This document shows positions 12,682-25,633 of a stretch of 64,000 nt of DNA, piece after piece. The DNA is from Podarcis vaucheri (Eukaryota): assembly GCA_965113315.1 (NCBI GenBank), contig OZ220364.1; one strand, 5' to 3'. Position 1 is the first letter of the stretch. The number at the start of each line of letters is the position of its first letter. The notes beneath the pieces were generated by a model. It searched no databases. It saw only the letters and a program-made list of their open reading frames with translations, and was not told the origin of the DNA. The position numbers and the translations under genes are program-made.

Positions 12682-15600
12682 TTTATTTATAAACAGTACT
12701 AACTGTATAGCAGCCAGCTAGCAGTGAATTCTGGAGTCATGGGCTATCACGGAGAAAGCCCTCCACATTGTGCCCACCATCTTGGTGGCATGCAAGTGAG
12801 AATGGCCTCAGTTTTTGGCCATAACATGTGAAAAGATTGGTATTAGTAAACATGGTCCTTCAAATTACTTGGATCCAAGTAATCTTCTAAGGTTTTACAA
12901 GTTAAAATTGGCAGATTGGGCTTGGAAAGCATACCAGCAACCAGTGCAAGTGGCACAATAATGGTGTCCTATGATGCAAATACTAGCACCCATCAGGATT
13001 CATGTGGCTACATTCTGAACTACTGTAGTTAAAAGTTGCTGAGTCATGTTAAAGGCAGCCCCCCCCCAAAAAAAAACCCCCCACATTTCAATAGTTAAGC
13101 CTAGCTTGCCCATGAGAAGGGCATGGGTTACAGTCTGAACTTTCCAGAGAAGGCTGCAGTTGGTACACCAGCAGATGTACCATATATATAAATAATACCA
13201 CCACATGTAACAATGGTAAAGTAGTTGTCATTTTGTTCAGACTTAATATGGAACATCCCATTCATGTGAATCTATCTGACCCTTGAGATTAGTATCTAAA
13301 GTCTTGCCTTGGCCCTGCCATTATCAGAAATACTAGAAACAATGTCCTCTCAGGGGTGGCTCCCTGACTGTGTATCTCACTACCTAGTGAGATTTGCCAG
13401 CCCCCTCACTCACAGACTTTAGGTGTGTGCTAAAGACCAGCCTGAGTCTGAAGGCCTTTTAACTGTCTTATTGGACTCCTGTTTTATATAGCTGTTTAGG
13501 GTTTTTTGTATTGTTTGCTATATTTAATTGATTTTAACTTGTATTTATTCCAATTTATTCTTTTAAATTGCTTTCTGAAGGCTTTTTGCTCTGAAAAGTG
13601 GGTACACAGATAAATAAAATAAATATGCATGAAACCACTCCGGATCACTTTTTATGTCCTCAGAAATGGATGCCACAAAAAATCCAAAAAGAAAACTCAG
13701 AAGCAACCTTCCATCTAACATTTATGATGGTTAAATGCACTGTTTTATTTTTTATTTTTAGTATTTGTTGCAGAAAATATTTGTGTTTTGAAGCAAATAA
13801 CCACCTGTCTGCTCTGCATGTCCTGCCTAGTTATTTTGTTAGCAGCAATGGAAAGCCCCACATTGAGAGCAATTATTAATCTTTAGCAGTGTGGTTAAAT
13901 GTTTCCTTTTGGAGAGCTAATGTGTTTTTTGTGAATGATACACTTGATCACCAGTGTGAGGAATCTAGAAGAAAATTGCATTGTGCTAGTTTAATTTTTC
14001 CTTTAATGAGGGCCAAGTTTCCCTCCTCTTCTTGGGTGGCTTTCAACAAATGCAGTACGCATTGTGCGTGCTTGTGAGAGCAAACATTGACCCACAAAAC
14101 CCACTAAAGGCAGATAACTTGTGGATCTGTAAAATCCTCAGAGATGTCATTTATGAAAAGCTCTATAGAAATGTCAATATAATACAGGAAATGTTTTTGA
14201 AGTGGTAGCTGAATGTTCTGCTTTCACATCACATCTCCCCCATCCCCCACCCCCGTGCTTGGGAAATGCAAGGTGATGAACCACAGTGGGTCCACTAATG
14301 GCCTTTTAAGCATTCTGCAAAAACTCTTCATCCTGTACTCAGGGGACTATGCAGCAACAAAAATGACAAATATTCACATTTCACTAGTGTCCTTCACAAG
14401 AAATATTTACTGTGTCTGACCATGGGCAGATTGCTTGACAGTGTTAAATGTTTTCCATTCCTCTTTGCTATTGAAAATAATACACTTATTATTTTAACAG
14501 AAAAAATGGGTTCCTGTATTTGTTCTGTCACAGGAATCAGGAGACAGCTCTGTGGGAAAACAGCTTGCATTTTATAGCAAAATTAGAACAACCTTATTAG
14601 TTGACGTCTAGCCCACTTGCATTTGCTTTTACTTGAAGCTATAAGAAAAAAATAGAGCAATAATGGACCGATCCATTTTCTATAGTTGTAATATATTCTA
14701 TAATGAGTGTTTGTTACTGTACATTCCATCTTGTATCTGAATTCACACAGGTGACTGTGACCAGCTGCAATGCCTAGCAGATCTTGCTAGATCCTTCTGA
14801 CTACAATGAAGATTTTTATACATGTTACATACTATAGGTGGTCAGACTCTTGGTCCATCTAGCCTATTGCTGAGTATTCTGTCTGGGAAAAGTTATTTCA
14901 GATCCCAGAAAGAGATTTTCCCCATCACATTATTTATTTATTTTTCATTTGGAGGTGCCAGGGGTTAAACCTAGGCTCTTCCACATGCAAATCATGTGTT
15001 TTATAACTGATGTGTGGTGCCACCCAGTAGCAGAAAGGCATAGAAACAGGCCTAGCTAAAATTTTTCTGCTCTTTGGAATCAGTCCTGTGCACATGGCAC
15101 AGTTTGATTCCTTAGCTCCACATCTGTTCTGCATATAGATGGGCACCCATGATGTTTGATGTGAAGATAATGTAGACTTGGCTGAGCTATCTGCACATTT
15201 GTGTTAAGAAACGTACCATTAACAATAATTAAATAAGCACGTGAAATCTCTCCTACCAGTCTTTTATGATTTTTCATTGCCTTTACACTCCTTTTCAGTA
15301 TGCAGGCATGCTTTTCCCCCCAGGATACTGTACTCCATTACCTATCAGCAAACCAGGAAGATAAAGCCAGGATCACATCCTCACTTGTTTTCTTGGTTTG
15401 CTGACATTTAGACAGAGTTCACTGGTTTGGACATAGCAGGAAACTTTGACTTAATACAAACTAGACTTTTCATACCAAAGAACCCAGTGCACAGTTGGAG
15501 GAGTGGAGAAGCAGAGGAGAAGCATTCATTCCTGATGCTTGTTCCTGGCTTCATAAACCATGGCTTATGACGCTGGAAAGGCTCAATCAAACTGTGCAAA

Positions 15601-16633
15601 TAAAAAAGGGTTACAAAACGACAATCCAGAAGGGGAAATTGCAAAATATCACCTATGCCTCAGGCACCAGAACAAAAGTACTAGTTATACAGAAAATGCC
15701 TTGTTGTTCCACTATGATTGCTCAGAACTGGTCTTGTGCTTTCATTGCTATAGAGAAAATTCACAGTTCTACAGTGAATAATATCTCCCAGTCTAGTGCA
15801 ACTTTATTGACAGCTCAGCTGTACTGTAAAGTGTCACCGCATCAGTGGAGTTGACAGTGTTTACTTTTATGCAAAGCAGAAAATACTTGGGAAGAATGCT
15901 GTTTTTCTAAATGTGTAAATGTCACGGTAGCACCTTGTGTCCCTCATGCAAGCAGTAACACCAGAACTAAAATCAGCAGCAAAAGCTGCCTGCTTGTCTC
16001 CTTGAAATTCCTTCCTATGCAGAATTTATAAAATCTGTCTATAATATCAGCAACAGAGGATAGAATAGCATCAGAGGTGAATATAGAGCTTATGAATATC
16101 TAGAGCAGGGATGTAACAAATATCACAACAGTTTATATAACAGTTCTCACTGCATTTGGTTCTGCTGGGTGACAGCTAAAGTTTTAGAAATGTTTTGGAG
16201 ATGTAGATTTTGTTTTGTGCTACGTAAATCTCTGAATAGTGGGATGTTCCAGGGAAATCATATTCTATAGAGCAGTTTTCCTTTGGCTAAAGTAACACTA
16301 GAGACTTAGTGTGGCATTTGTAATAAACTGCCTATTTACAAATGTACAAGCCGAGCAGGCGGGAAACCCAAGCAAGTGGACAAAATTCTAGCCTCATCCC
16401 AGCACACTATTAAAGATCAGTTCTACTGGTTGGCACCATTTTGTAACCTTTTGTAACCAATTTGCATTATCCATGGATTGGGTCAGAGTCAGAAGATTTT
16501 AGCTCTCTTGGCAAATCCATTTTTCTCACAGATTGAGCAAATTACAGCCTCCCTCCAAGAAGGTGTGTCTACCTACAATAGACTAAATAAAGGGCAGCAA
16601 GACTGATAGTAGCGACTAGCCAGTAAGGAAATA

Positions 16634-16780
16634 CTGTATTTACTCGAATGTAATGCACATCTTTTTTGGCCAAATTAACATTGTGAAAATTAGGGTGCAC
16701 ATTAGATTTGATGGCGCATATTACCTTTGGTAGCAAATACTTTTTTTGTTTCAAGGCACATTAGATTCGCGTAAATACAG
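16634..16780. mobile_element. Tc1/mariner-superfamily (Tc2/pogo-like) MITE
   Basis: TIRs CTGTATTTACTCGAATGTAATG / CATTAGATTCGCGTAAATACAG flanked by TA on both sides. Confidence 0.8.
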
Positions 16781-17096
16781 TACATATTGTTCACTATCTA
16801 CTATCAAACAATTAGAACCTAGAAAGAAAGCTCTGGCTCTTTGCTTAGCCCAACAGCACAACATAGCTGTAACACTATTATTTACAGCAAGTGGAAGCTG
16901 CAACAAAATGTTGCTCTCCAGTGCTCCAGCCAGTTAGTCACCTATGCTCCCTTCCAGCATACTCCATTCCATACTCCACTCTCCCTGGTCTTTTACCAAC
17001 CCTACCAACCCCCCCCCCAAAAAAAACCCCCCAACGTACACAAACATTTGGAATGAAGAGTGATTTTAAATGCACTAAATAACAGTATTCTGTGGA

Positions 17097-17283
17097 GCAT
17101 AGGAAGTTGCCTTATACCAAATCAGACCACTGGTCTGTTTAGCTCAGTATTGTTTACACTGACTGGAAGCAGCTGGCTAGGGTTTCAAGCAGGGGACATT
17201 CCCAGCCCAACCTGGAGATGCCAGTGAATAAAACTGGGACCATCCATATGCAAAACAGATACTCAGCCACTGAGCTACAGTCC
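17097..17283 (-). mobile_element. tRNA-derived SINE (Squam3-like)
   Basis: Minus strand starts GGACTGTAGCTCAGTGG (tRNA A-box head) and ends TATAAGGCAACTTCCTATG. Confidence 0.75.
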
Positions 17284-17593
17284 TTTGCTGTGACCATTGA
17301 GCATGATCTCAATCCCTTGGGGTTTGGGGTTGGTTGGTCTCAATAGTTTATTTTCGTTTTGTTCCTTTGCAATCCTCCTGGTTCTCCCTCCCTCTTGCTT
17401 TCCAGCGGCTCTGTTTTGGCTACAATCCTAGTGGCACTCACAGCTTTTTAATATAATTCTTCAATGTGCTTATGTACACAGATGGTGCTATATTTGTATG
17501 AAGTAAATAATTCTACGACTATTTTGTTTCAAATGAGTCAAAGCACCTTATCAACTCAGTCCAGCCATTCATTAAGAAATCAAAATGAGAAAC

Positions 17594-17829
17594 AAACTAC
17601 AATAAAGAAGATTCCACCTAAACATTAGGAAGAACTTCCTGACAGTAAGAGCTGTTCGACAGTGGAATTTGCTGCCAAGGAGTGTGGTGGAGTCTCCTTC
17701 TTTGGAGATCTTTAAGCAGAGGCTTGACAACCATATGTCAGGAGTGCTCTGATGGTGTTTCCTGCTTGGCAGGGGGTTGGACTCGATGGCCCTTGTGGTC
17801 TATTCCAACTTTATGATTCTATAATTCTA
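17594..17829 (+). mobile_element. CR1 LINE 3' fragment, same subfamily as the 11102 copy
   Basis: Near-identical to 11405-11640; ends ATGATTCTATAATTCTA. Confidence 0.92.
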
Positions 17830-20691
17830 GGCACAAAAACACTGGGTGCATTCATACAACAAACCAGACAACTTGACGTACTGCTATTATTCAGAAGTAA
17901 ATCTGCAGCACAGCTATATACAAAAGCACAAACACTCCTGCATGGGCAAAGAGAAATGAAAGTAAATCTTCCAATGGGAAATATTTTCATATACTGTACA
18001 ATAGCATCTTGTGTGCAATTAACTTGTGCGATCTCAACCTTGTATGGTTGAAAACTGACTGGTTGAAATAGCACAAATTAATTGCACACAAGGTGAAGAG
18101 CTTAAAAGCTCCTTTTGTGTTGAGTTTTACTGGTGGAAAGAGCTTTTAAGCATGCATACTAGGTTCTGGGATGTTCTTGCTGGAACTTGGAACATCTCAG
18201 AGCTGGCACAAAAGCATCCTAGAGCCCACTAAGTAAGGCAGAGAGCTTTTAAGCTTGGAAGGTACAGGTGGTTGCCTGGAAGTAGTTCAGAACTACATGA
18301 GTTTGCATATACTCACCATCCTTGGAACATAACCCCCCCCCCATGCACAATTGTACTGTCTTTCTAATCAGGCAAAGCAGCATTCATTAGTGTTTATTAC
18401 ATTACGTACTTTAATTGGTGAACAAACTAAAGTCCTTAGGAAACAAAACACACAAATCAGTGGCAGATCTATTGACAGAATAAAAAGGAGCTGAACTCTT
18501 CTTGACCCTTCCGTCCTTTAATATCTTAAATCCCACCACACATACTTTATTCTTAGACCCCTTCTCTCTTTATACTAGGGCAGACCCCAGTCTCTTGGAT
18601 CCAGTTTCTTCTATGTTGTCTTCTTCCACCTGCCTCTCTTCTTTTCCCCAGGTACAGCTTTTATTTCCATTAAGACCTTGTCATCCAAGATTCTCTCTGT
18701 AACCATCTTTTCTATAGCTTGCATGAGCTCAGATTCTCTATGCCTCATCCCTAGTATCATTTTCACTAGAGGAACAGGAGTGCGCCTAAATGCCCAGACA
18801 TCAGAACACTAGGACATTCGGCAGAAATTAAATGACTCCACAATATTTTCTTTTGAAGAAGCATTATAATTCCTCTAAGCTTTATGAACAGTTATGATTA
18901 GTGGATAGTTCTTAATGAAAAGTAGAAAGGTATATAGGCCATAATAGGTTTTCCTTGATGCTAAGGATAAAGAGAAAATGAGGTCCATAGCATTTAAAGA
19001 GTTGTTTGGGAATACAGTAAATGTAAAATAAAAAAATTAACCAAGCGTGCCTCATGTGCTTTTCATTTACTGACAATCTAACAGATAGCTTTAATAATTT
19101 TTTTATTTTACTAAGAAATCCACATATCTGACACTTGCTGACAAGCAGTAGTGTGCTGTGCATGAGGCTCTGTGCATAAATAGCTGCTAAATAGACAGCT
19201 ATGATTCTTATTAATATATATACTGCGTATATGCCAAAATGGTTCCTAAGTGGTTTACAACAATAAAATCAATACATCATTAAAACACACTATAACAATT
19301 CAATTGTGCACCAAAACATCCTTAATTAAAATATGCAATAAAACAAACAATTAAAAAACTGTTTTTAAAGCAGTTTTAAAAACCAAAATGCAGTTGAAAC
19401 CATCAAACCAGAAGTTCAGTTCAGGAGAATGCTTGCCTAAACAGATGTGTCTTCAGGAGCTGGCAGAATGCCAATACTGATGGTGTCTCTTATATATCAG
19501 CAGGGAGGGCATTCCACAACATTGCTGCTGTCAGTGAAAAAGCCCATGTTACCACAAGCCTGTAATTATTGCAAAACTAAATTAGTTCCTTTAGCTGATC
19601 TTAGTGCCCTTGCTAGGCAGTGAATAAGAATACTTTTTTCAGTTAACCTGGTCAGCTTATTTAGATTTTGTATGTCAGTAGCTATCAAATTGACACTTTC
19701 TGAAACAATATGCAAACCAAAGCACAGCTTCAAAATTCACACATCCAAATTTAGCATTGTATTTTGCCAACCAATATTTACAAAAATGCATGTATTAGGG
19801 GAAATTACTTGCACAAATGTGTACATTACTGAAAACTGTATACAATTGTTTATTAGGAGAAATTCACACTAAAATGCTGATGAATTTTCAAAATTTTCAA
19901 CAAATTGCTGCAAAATGTGGAGAACGGGGTTTAAGATTGGAAAAATGAGAATCCGAGATGTGAAATAGACAGATTCTTCCATCCCTACTCTGGACCAGCT
20001 GCAAGGGAAGCCCAACAAAGCTTGCATTACAATAGTCCAGACAGTTTACCAATATATATGCCACAGTGACCACATTACCCGTGCCCAGGAAAGCTTTGCT
20101 ACCTTAGCTCACCTGCTGGAAGGAGAAATGGTGTGTGTTGGATTGAATTATCCCATCCCAAACTGGTGGATGTTGCAGTCAAAAGTGACAGAGTGCAAAT
20201 GACTCTAGCATTCAGAACTGTGTGTTGGATTAAAGGTCTCACATTACCCTTTTGCATATGCAGGTGACCCAGTCCAGAAGTAGTTTGCTCACCCCCACCA
20301 ACATCACTACACTGAATACATCTATGTCAGTTGTTTGTGTGTGCACAAACATTTTCAGCACAGGTGTGTGTAGCAAAATGCTTACTTCATCATCGCTTAG
20401 GTTTTCTGAACAAGAACAGGCATATTCTGGGGTATGTTTTACGGCTGATTTGTTTAAGCTGGTAAGTACATGAGTTAAGTCATTAAAGTTTAGTGTGGGA
20501 CAGTTACTGGTCCAGATGTGTGTCTAGTAAAAACAACAACTGATTTGCAAGTTTCAGAGTGTTTTGCTGATTGTAATACTGATCAGTCACTAAAGCCATC
20601 TTGTGTCACACACAATAGCACATCCTTGTACTCTTCATAAATTAATTTGGAATAAGCACTGCCCATTATGTTCAAAGCTATGAAGGACGTA

Positions 20692-21703
20692 CAGTCGTAC
20701 CTTGGTTTGCGAACACCTTGCAACTCGAACATTTTGGCTCTTGGACACCGCAAACCCGGAAGTGAGTGTTCCAGTTTGTGAACATTCTTTGGAACCCAAA
20801 TGTCCAGCACGGCTTCCGTAGCTTCTGATTGAATGCAGGAAGCTCCTGCAGCCAATCGGAAGCTGCACCTTGGTTTCCGAACATTTTCAGAAGTTGAACG
20901 GACTTCTGGAATGGATTCCGTTCGAGAAACAAGGTATGGCTGTGTCAGGGTTACTTCCAGATCCTAGCTCACAGAGGATCACGCTAGCCAGCGGTTGTTG
21001 ATTAAAAGTCTTTATTGAGTTACAGTCTCCATTCTTGAGCTGCTGCGTGCAACCCTACGCCTTATGCTTAGGTCGGCGAAGCTCCTTCTGAGTCTCCGCC
21101 CCTTGCGCACCAACTTAATATCCTAGCCCTGCTCCACCTTTTCCGCCTGACAGTTCTCCTCTGGGTCCCTCTGCCCCCCTGGGTCTCTCCCTTCCGGGAT
21201 TCTTCTGACGCTGACCCCCCTGACTCCCCTGTCTCCTTGCGCCGGGCTTTAGGACCTGGCTCTCTTTCCGGGCTGCCTACTGCGCCACCTTCCTGTGCAT
21301 TTGAACTTGGCGCGCGCGCCCAACCTTCCACTTTCCGTCTAACCGTCACTTCGCTCCCCGATGAAGGTGTGGCCACTCCTGACTCGTGCCCTCCCTCCTG
21401 TTGTGAGCTGCCAGCGCTAGTTCCCAGGCGCTCTTCCTCTTCCCTACTCTCTGGCGGTGACGTAGGTCCCGATCTCCAACTGCTCCCCTCTGAGTCCCCT
21501 CTGGCTCTTTCTTCCTGGGGTGTCCCCCTAGTCTCCCCCCTTGCCCTTGCCACTGGTGCTCCTCTTTGTGAATCTTCTGATTCACTGGACAGACTCGGAG
21601 ATCTCGGGTCGTCGTCGTCACTCATCCTTTCTTCTGCCTCCTCCCCCTTGCTCTCTGTTTCCTCCCTTGCCCTCGCCTCTGCTCCTGAACCCCTGACAGG
21701 CTG
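20692..21703. mobile_element. Tigger/pogo-like MITE (TA-flanked) with its right TIR interrupted by a solo LTR
   Basis: TA|CAGTCGTACCTTGGTTTGCGAAC at left; GTTCGAGAAACAAGGTATGGCTG (to 20942) at right, with terminal GGCTG|TA repeated after the LTR at 21699-21705. Confidence 0.8.
20943..21698 (-). mobile_element. Solo LTR (Gypsy/ERV-type), 756 bp
   Basis: TGTCAGGG...CCCTGACA inverted termini; 5-bp TSD GGCTG (20938-20942 and 21699-21703); minus-strand AATAAA at 21011-21016 and TATA-like GGATATTAAG at 21114-21123. Confidence 0.85.
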
Positions 21704-22039
21704 TAATACTAACCCCATGTATCTGGAGGTAAACCCCACTGAATTCATTACAGCTTCTGAAATGACAGTTAGGATTGCGCGGCTACTTCTCAGTAGACAC
21801 ATGCAGGATTACACTACAAATGGATTATCAACAATATGCTTTGAGAGGATAGAAGGCATCCATACTGTTTAACAGGTCTGATTGGGAGTACAATAACCAG
21901 GGTTTTATAGCCCTAATCAAACCAGTCAAAGAATGGTAATAAATGCTACACTTTCACCAGCTTTAAGTGTGCTAACAGTAAATCATTAGTATTAATATGT
22001 TTGGTTGGTTGGTTTTAGCCCATTGCAGGTAATCAATCA

Positions 22040-22530
22040 GTGTTTAGAATTCACAAGCAGTCTAACATTCACATTCTACACTAGCTGCAACTTCCAGATC
22101 ACAAGGGGAGACCTACCTAGAGTGCATTGCAGTAATTCCATCTTGTTATTACCAATGCCTGGGCTGCTGTGGTCTAGAAACAGTTGCAGTTGTGACACCA
22201 ACCACAGCTGGTTGAAGGCACTCTTAGCCACACAGGCCACCTGACCTTCCAGTGACAAAGCAAGATTCAGGAGCACATCCAATGTACCTGCTCCTTCATG
22301 GTATAATCCCATCTAGGGCAGGCAATTGACTGACCTCCTGGATCCAGAAGTCATTCACACACAGAGCCTCCATCTTGCCATGATTCAGACTCAGTTTATT
22401 AGCCCCCATCAGCCCACTAATACATCCAGACACTGGGCCAGGGCTTGCACAGCCACTCCTGATTACAGAGAAGTAAAGCTGACTGTTATCAGCGAACTGA
22501 TGAGACACAGGGGGCCGAGACTCCTAGCTG
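22040..22530 (-). mobile_element. L2-clade LINE RT remnant
   Basis: Degenerate frames HQFADNSQLYFS (YADDTQLY-like), ANKLSLNHGK, LSLEGQVACVAKSAFNQL. Confidence 0.75.
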
Positions 22531-23717
22531 TCAGGATTTGTTTTAAAATAAGCCTCCAGCCCTTTTAAGGAGTGTTCTGAAGCAAATCCTGTAGATACTG
22601 TTCTAATCAATTCCATTGTGAGAAATGAGCCTTCTCCCACCTTTCAGTGTTTGTAGACAATTAGTGAAGCCAGAGTTAGACTGATGAGTGTTCTAGAGAA
22701 AATTAAAGTCATATACTCACCAGGGAAGATCAAAATAGCTTCAATATGAAGCTGGAGAAAGGACTTTCTGGCTTATTTTGAAGCTGTTTTGAGATCATCC
22801 TGGTGAGTGTATGACTAATTTATTTCTACATTCAGACAATGGAAAAGAAATCTCATTTCATCTTTCTAATTCAGGTCCAATTTAATGAGAAGCTTCCTCC
22901 CCCCCCCCGCTAAGTATGAAAACATTCTTAAAAACCTTGTGAATATATATAGTTACTAAATTCATATTAAAGGTGTGGCATTATGAGGGGATCCTCAGCA
23001 AAAGCTGCCCTGCTTCCTTAGCCTAGTTTGAGCGGAACGTGCACTTCAGAAGGCAATAAAGGATTTGCCAAGGAATGCAAGTGGTAGAGGACCCAACAAC
23101 ATTCTGGAGAATGCTTGGCAACTTTTGCCCACAAACCCATGACTGTCATAAGGCTTCCTCTTACTGCAATAGTTCCTGTTTATAACAGTGTAGAATTGCT
23201 GTATCAAAATTAACACAGCAGCAGTAAAACAAAGTACATTCTGGAACTGTGCTTGGAATTCTATTAGGTGGTATGGAAATATGGATTTTCTTTAAATTCA
23301 CATACATCTGGTTACATTATGTATGATATGGGGAAGTGCATCCTGTCCATTTTACAGACTGGAAAATGAGACTGGAGAAGAATCCCAAATCACACAGGGT
23401 ATCTTTGACACCAAAGAGGGCCAACAAAGATTTTGCAAGTTATAGATAACCACTCTATAAATAGCTCATCCTTCTCCCTCTCAAATGTGAATTTGGAGCC
23501 TAAGAAACAATTCTTGATTCTTACTAGCCAATTTCAATTAACTCCAGAAGTATTTTTTCCACACAGGGGACTTTTAATACATCTTAATTGATTAAAAATG
23601 TATATTACTCCATACAGACAACAGATGCATTTCCACAGTGCCTTTAAGAGGTTACAGCAGTGGCAGAAGATCCAGCAGAAAAGAGGTTACTTTTCTGCGG
23701 TTTTGTCCTGTGATAGT

Positions 23718-23836
23718 CAGTGGCGTAGCGAGGGTTGTCAGCACCCGGGGCAAGGCAAGTAATTTGCGCCCCCTAACCCCCAGATGTTGTGCCCGGTGCG
23801 GCCGGCCCCCCCTGCACCCCCCACGCTACGCCACTG
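23718..23836. mobile_element. hAT-type MITE, 119 bp, young
   Basis: Perfect 13-bp TIR CAGTGGCGTAGCG; perfect 8-bp TSD GTGATAGT (23710-23717, 23837-23844). Confidence 0.92.
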
Positions 23837-24064
23837 GTGATAGTCCTGTAATTTTGAAGTGCCTTTCTATATATTCATGCTATTTAAGATCTAGAGTCTG
23901 CATTAAAATTAGACACTTGCCCATACCAAGGGCAAACTGATTCTTTCTCAGAGTTTCTCAAGACACTGCAAATCTATTCAAGGGAAATGGGAATCAGATG
24001 AATACTACCCAGACTTTTAATGCTTCCACTTAGTGAAAACTAGAAAGAGATATATAGTAGAATA

Positions 24065-24205
24065 CAGTAGTGGTAAGGAAGCTGTGGTCCTCCAGATGCT
24101 GTTGGAGTCCAACTCCCATCAATTCCAGTCAGCATGGTCAGTGATTTGGGATGATGGGAGTTGCAGTCCAGCTATATCTGGAGGTGCACAGGTCCCTCAC
24201 CCTTG
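24065..24205. mobile_element. Palindromic hAT/Charlie-like MITE; related remnants near 2750-2860 and 35153-35240
   Basis: Internal inverted symmetry CCTCCAGATG...ACTCCCATCA / TGATGGGAGT...ATCTGGAGG. Confidence 0.6.
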
Positions 24206-25286
24206 TTGCCGAAGAAACTTGAGGCTGCAGCTTCAAATAAACAAGACATATCCAGCATGCAAGCAGCTTGTATAATCTGCCTTACAGACAAGTATGGTCC
24301 CTGATCCAATCAGAGTGTTGGGAGTTTAATTCAGGAGTAGAAGTGTTGTCCTGTGCCAGATCTTTCCAACAGATATGTTCTTTTAAAGAATGACTCAGTC
24401 AGAATCAGACTTTCAGAGCCATTTTTATCAGAGAATGGGGAAGTGAGACTAACCCTTGCATCCGGAAGATAGCATATGCTTTAAAATGCTCTTTGAAACA
24501 ACAGAATAGTGGACAAAGAAAAGTTGAATGCTTTATTCTGCAAGTCTGTATTTGCTTTTATGTCCTAGAATACTGCCCCACCACCATTCTTTCTGTTATC
24601 CGTTTATATTTCCAGTTTTGCAGTAATTGTGCTTATGCAGCTGGTGTCCTGAACAGAGAAACTGAGAAACAAGAGTTTTTTCTTTGGAGATATAAAATCT
24701 GCACACTGTGTGGATGTTTTGAATTACAAATTTAGGAAGACAACAGTACCATTAAAAGACCATGGTGAATTGGGGTGCATCAATCACTTTACCATCAAAT
24801 AACATTAGGCAAGTAGTAGTGAAAGTGCTCAGAACAAGATAAAATAACAAGGATGGTGAGGAGCTCCAAATAGTTGCTTCCCCAAAATTGTGTAATTATT
24901 TGGGAATTCTTCTCTGGGTATAGTCTGTTTATATGGCCTACTCTTTACAGTGAGCATCAAGAAATCGTAAAGAAACTGCTATCTCACAACATGGAAGAAC
25001 TGACCATGTCCTGAGGCACTTGGTTATTTGACCTAGCATGAGCAAATTGCCCCTCCATACTCACTGAGATATCTATAATTGGTTTTCATTTTTTTCTATT
25101 AAAAAAACCCCCAGTTTACAATAATTGGTGCATTAATGGGATAATACCTTCATCTGTAGAATTGATATGGCCTTCTACCATTGCAGTTTGCTTAACTCTT
25201 TACAGAGTTTGCTACTATATTGGTAAACATTTCTTTAAATGCTTTATTTAAGCAATTGAAGCCATGTAAAATTCAGCAGATAAACA

Positions 25287-25633
25287 CAGAGGCATATCAA
25301 GGGTCCCCTGCACCCTTGGCAAGGAAGCTCTATTGGTGCCCCCCCCCATCACTTTACCACAATACCATATTAGAAATTCCTACATTTTACACAACCAAGT
25401 ACCCAAAGCATCCGGAGTGAGAGTGAGGTGAAGAGAAGAGGAAAGGTGGAAAAAAATGCATGCCTTTCTGTTGCGGTGTGAGAAGAACGGGAAGCTTCTC
25501 CTGTGTTTGAGCTCGCCGCAATAGCAGTGTCGTGTTGCCATGTATGTCATACACTCCATAGCTTGGTAGCTGGTTTTTGGCCCCCACCCCTAACCTGGGC
25601 CCCTGATTTTGCAAACCCCTAATTACACCTCTG
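25287..25633. mobile_element. hAT-like non-autonomous element, degraded
   Basis: Ends CAGAGGCATAT / ATTACACCTCTG; flanking 8-mers GATAAACA / GGTAAAGA match 6 of 8. Confidence 0.5.

Noticed and set aside
13700-16600. Repeat-poor intergenic blocks that look like conserved non-coding elements
   Set aside because: No motif or structural evidence; needs a multi-species alignment
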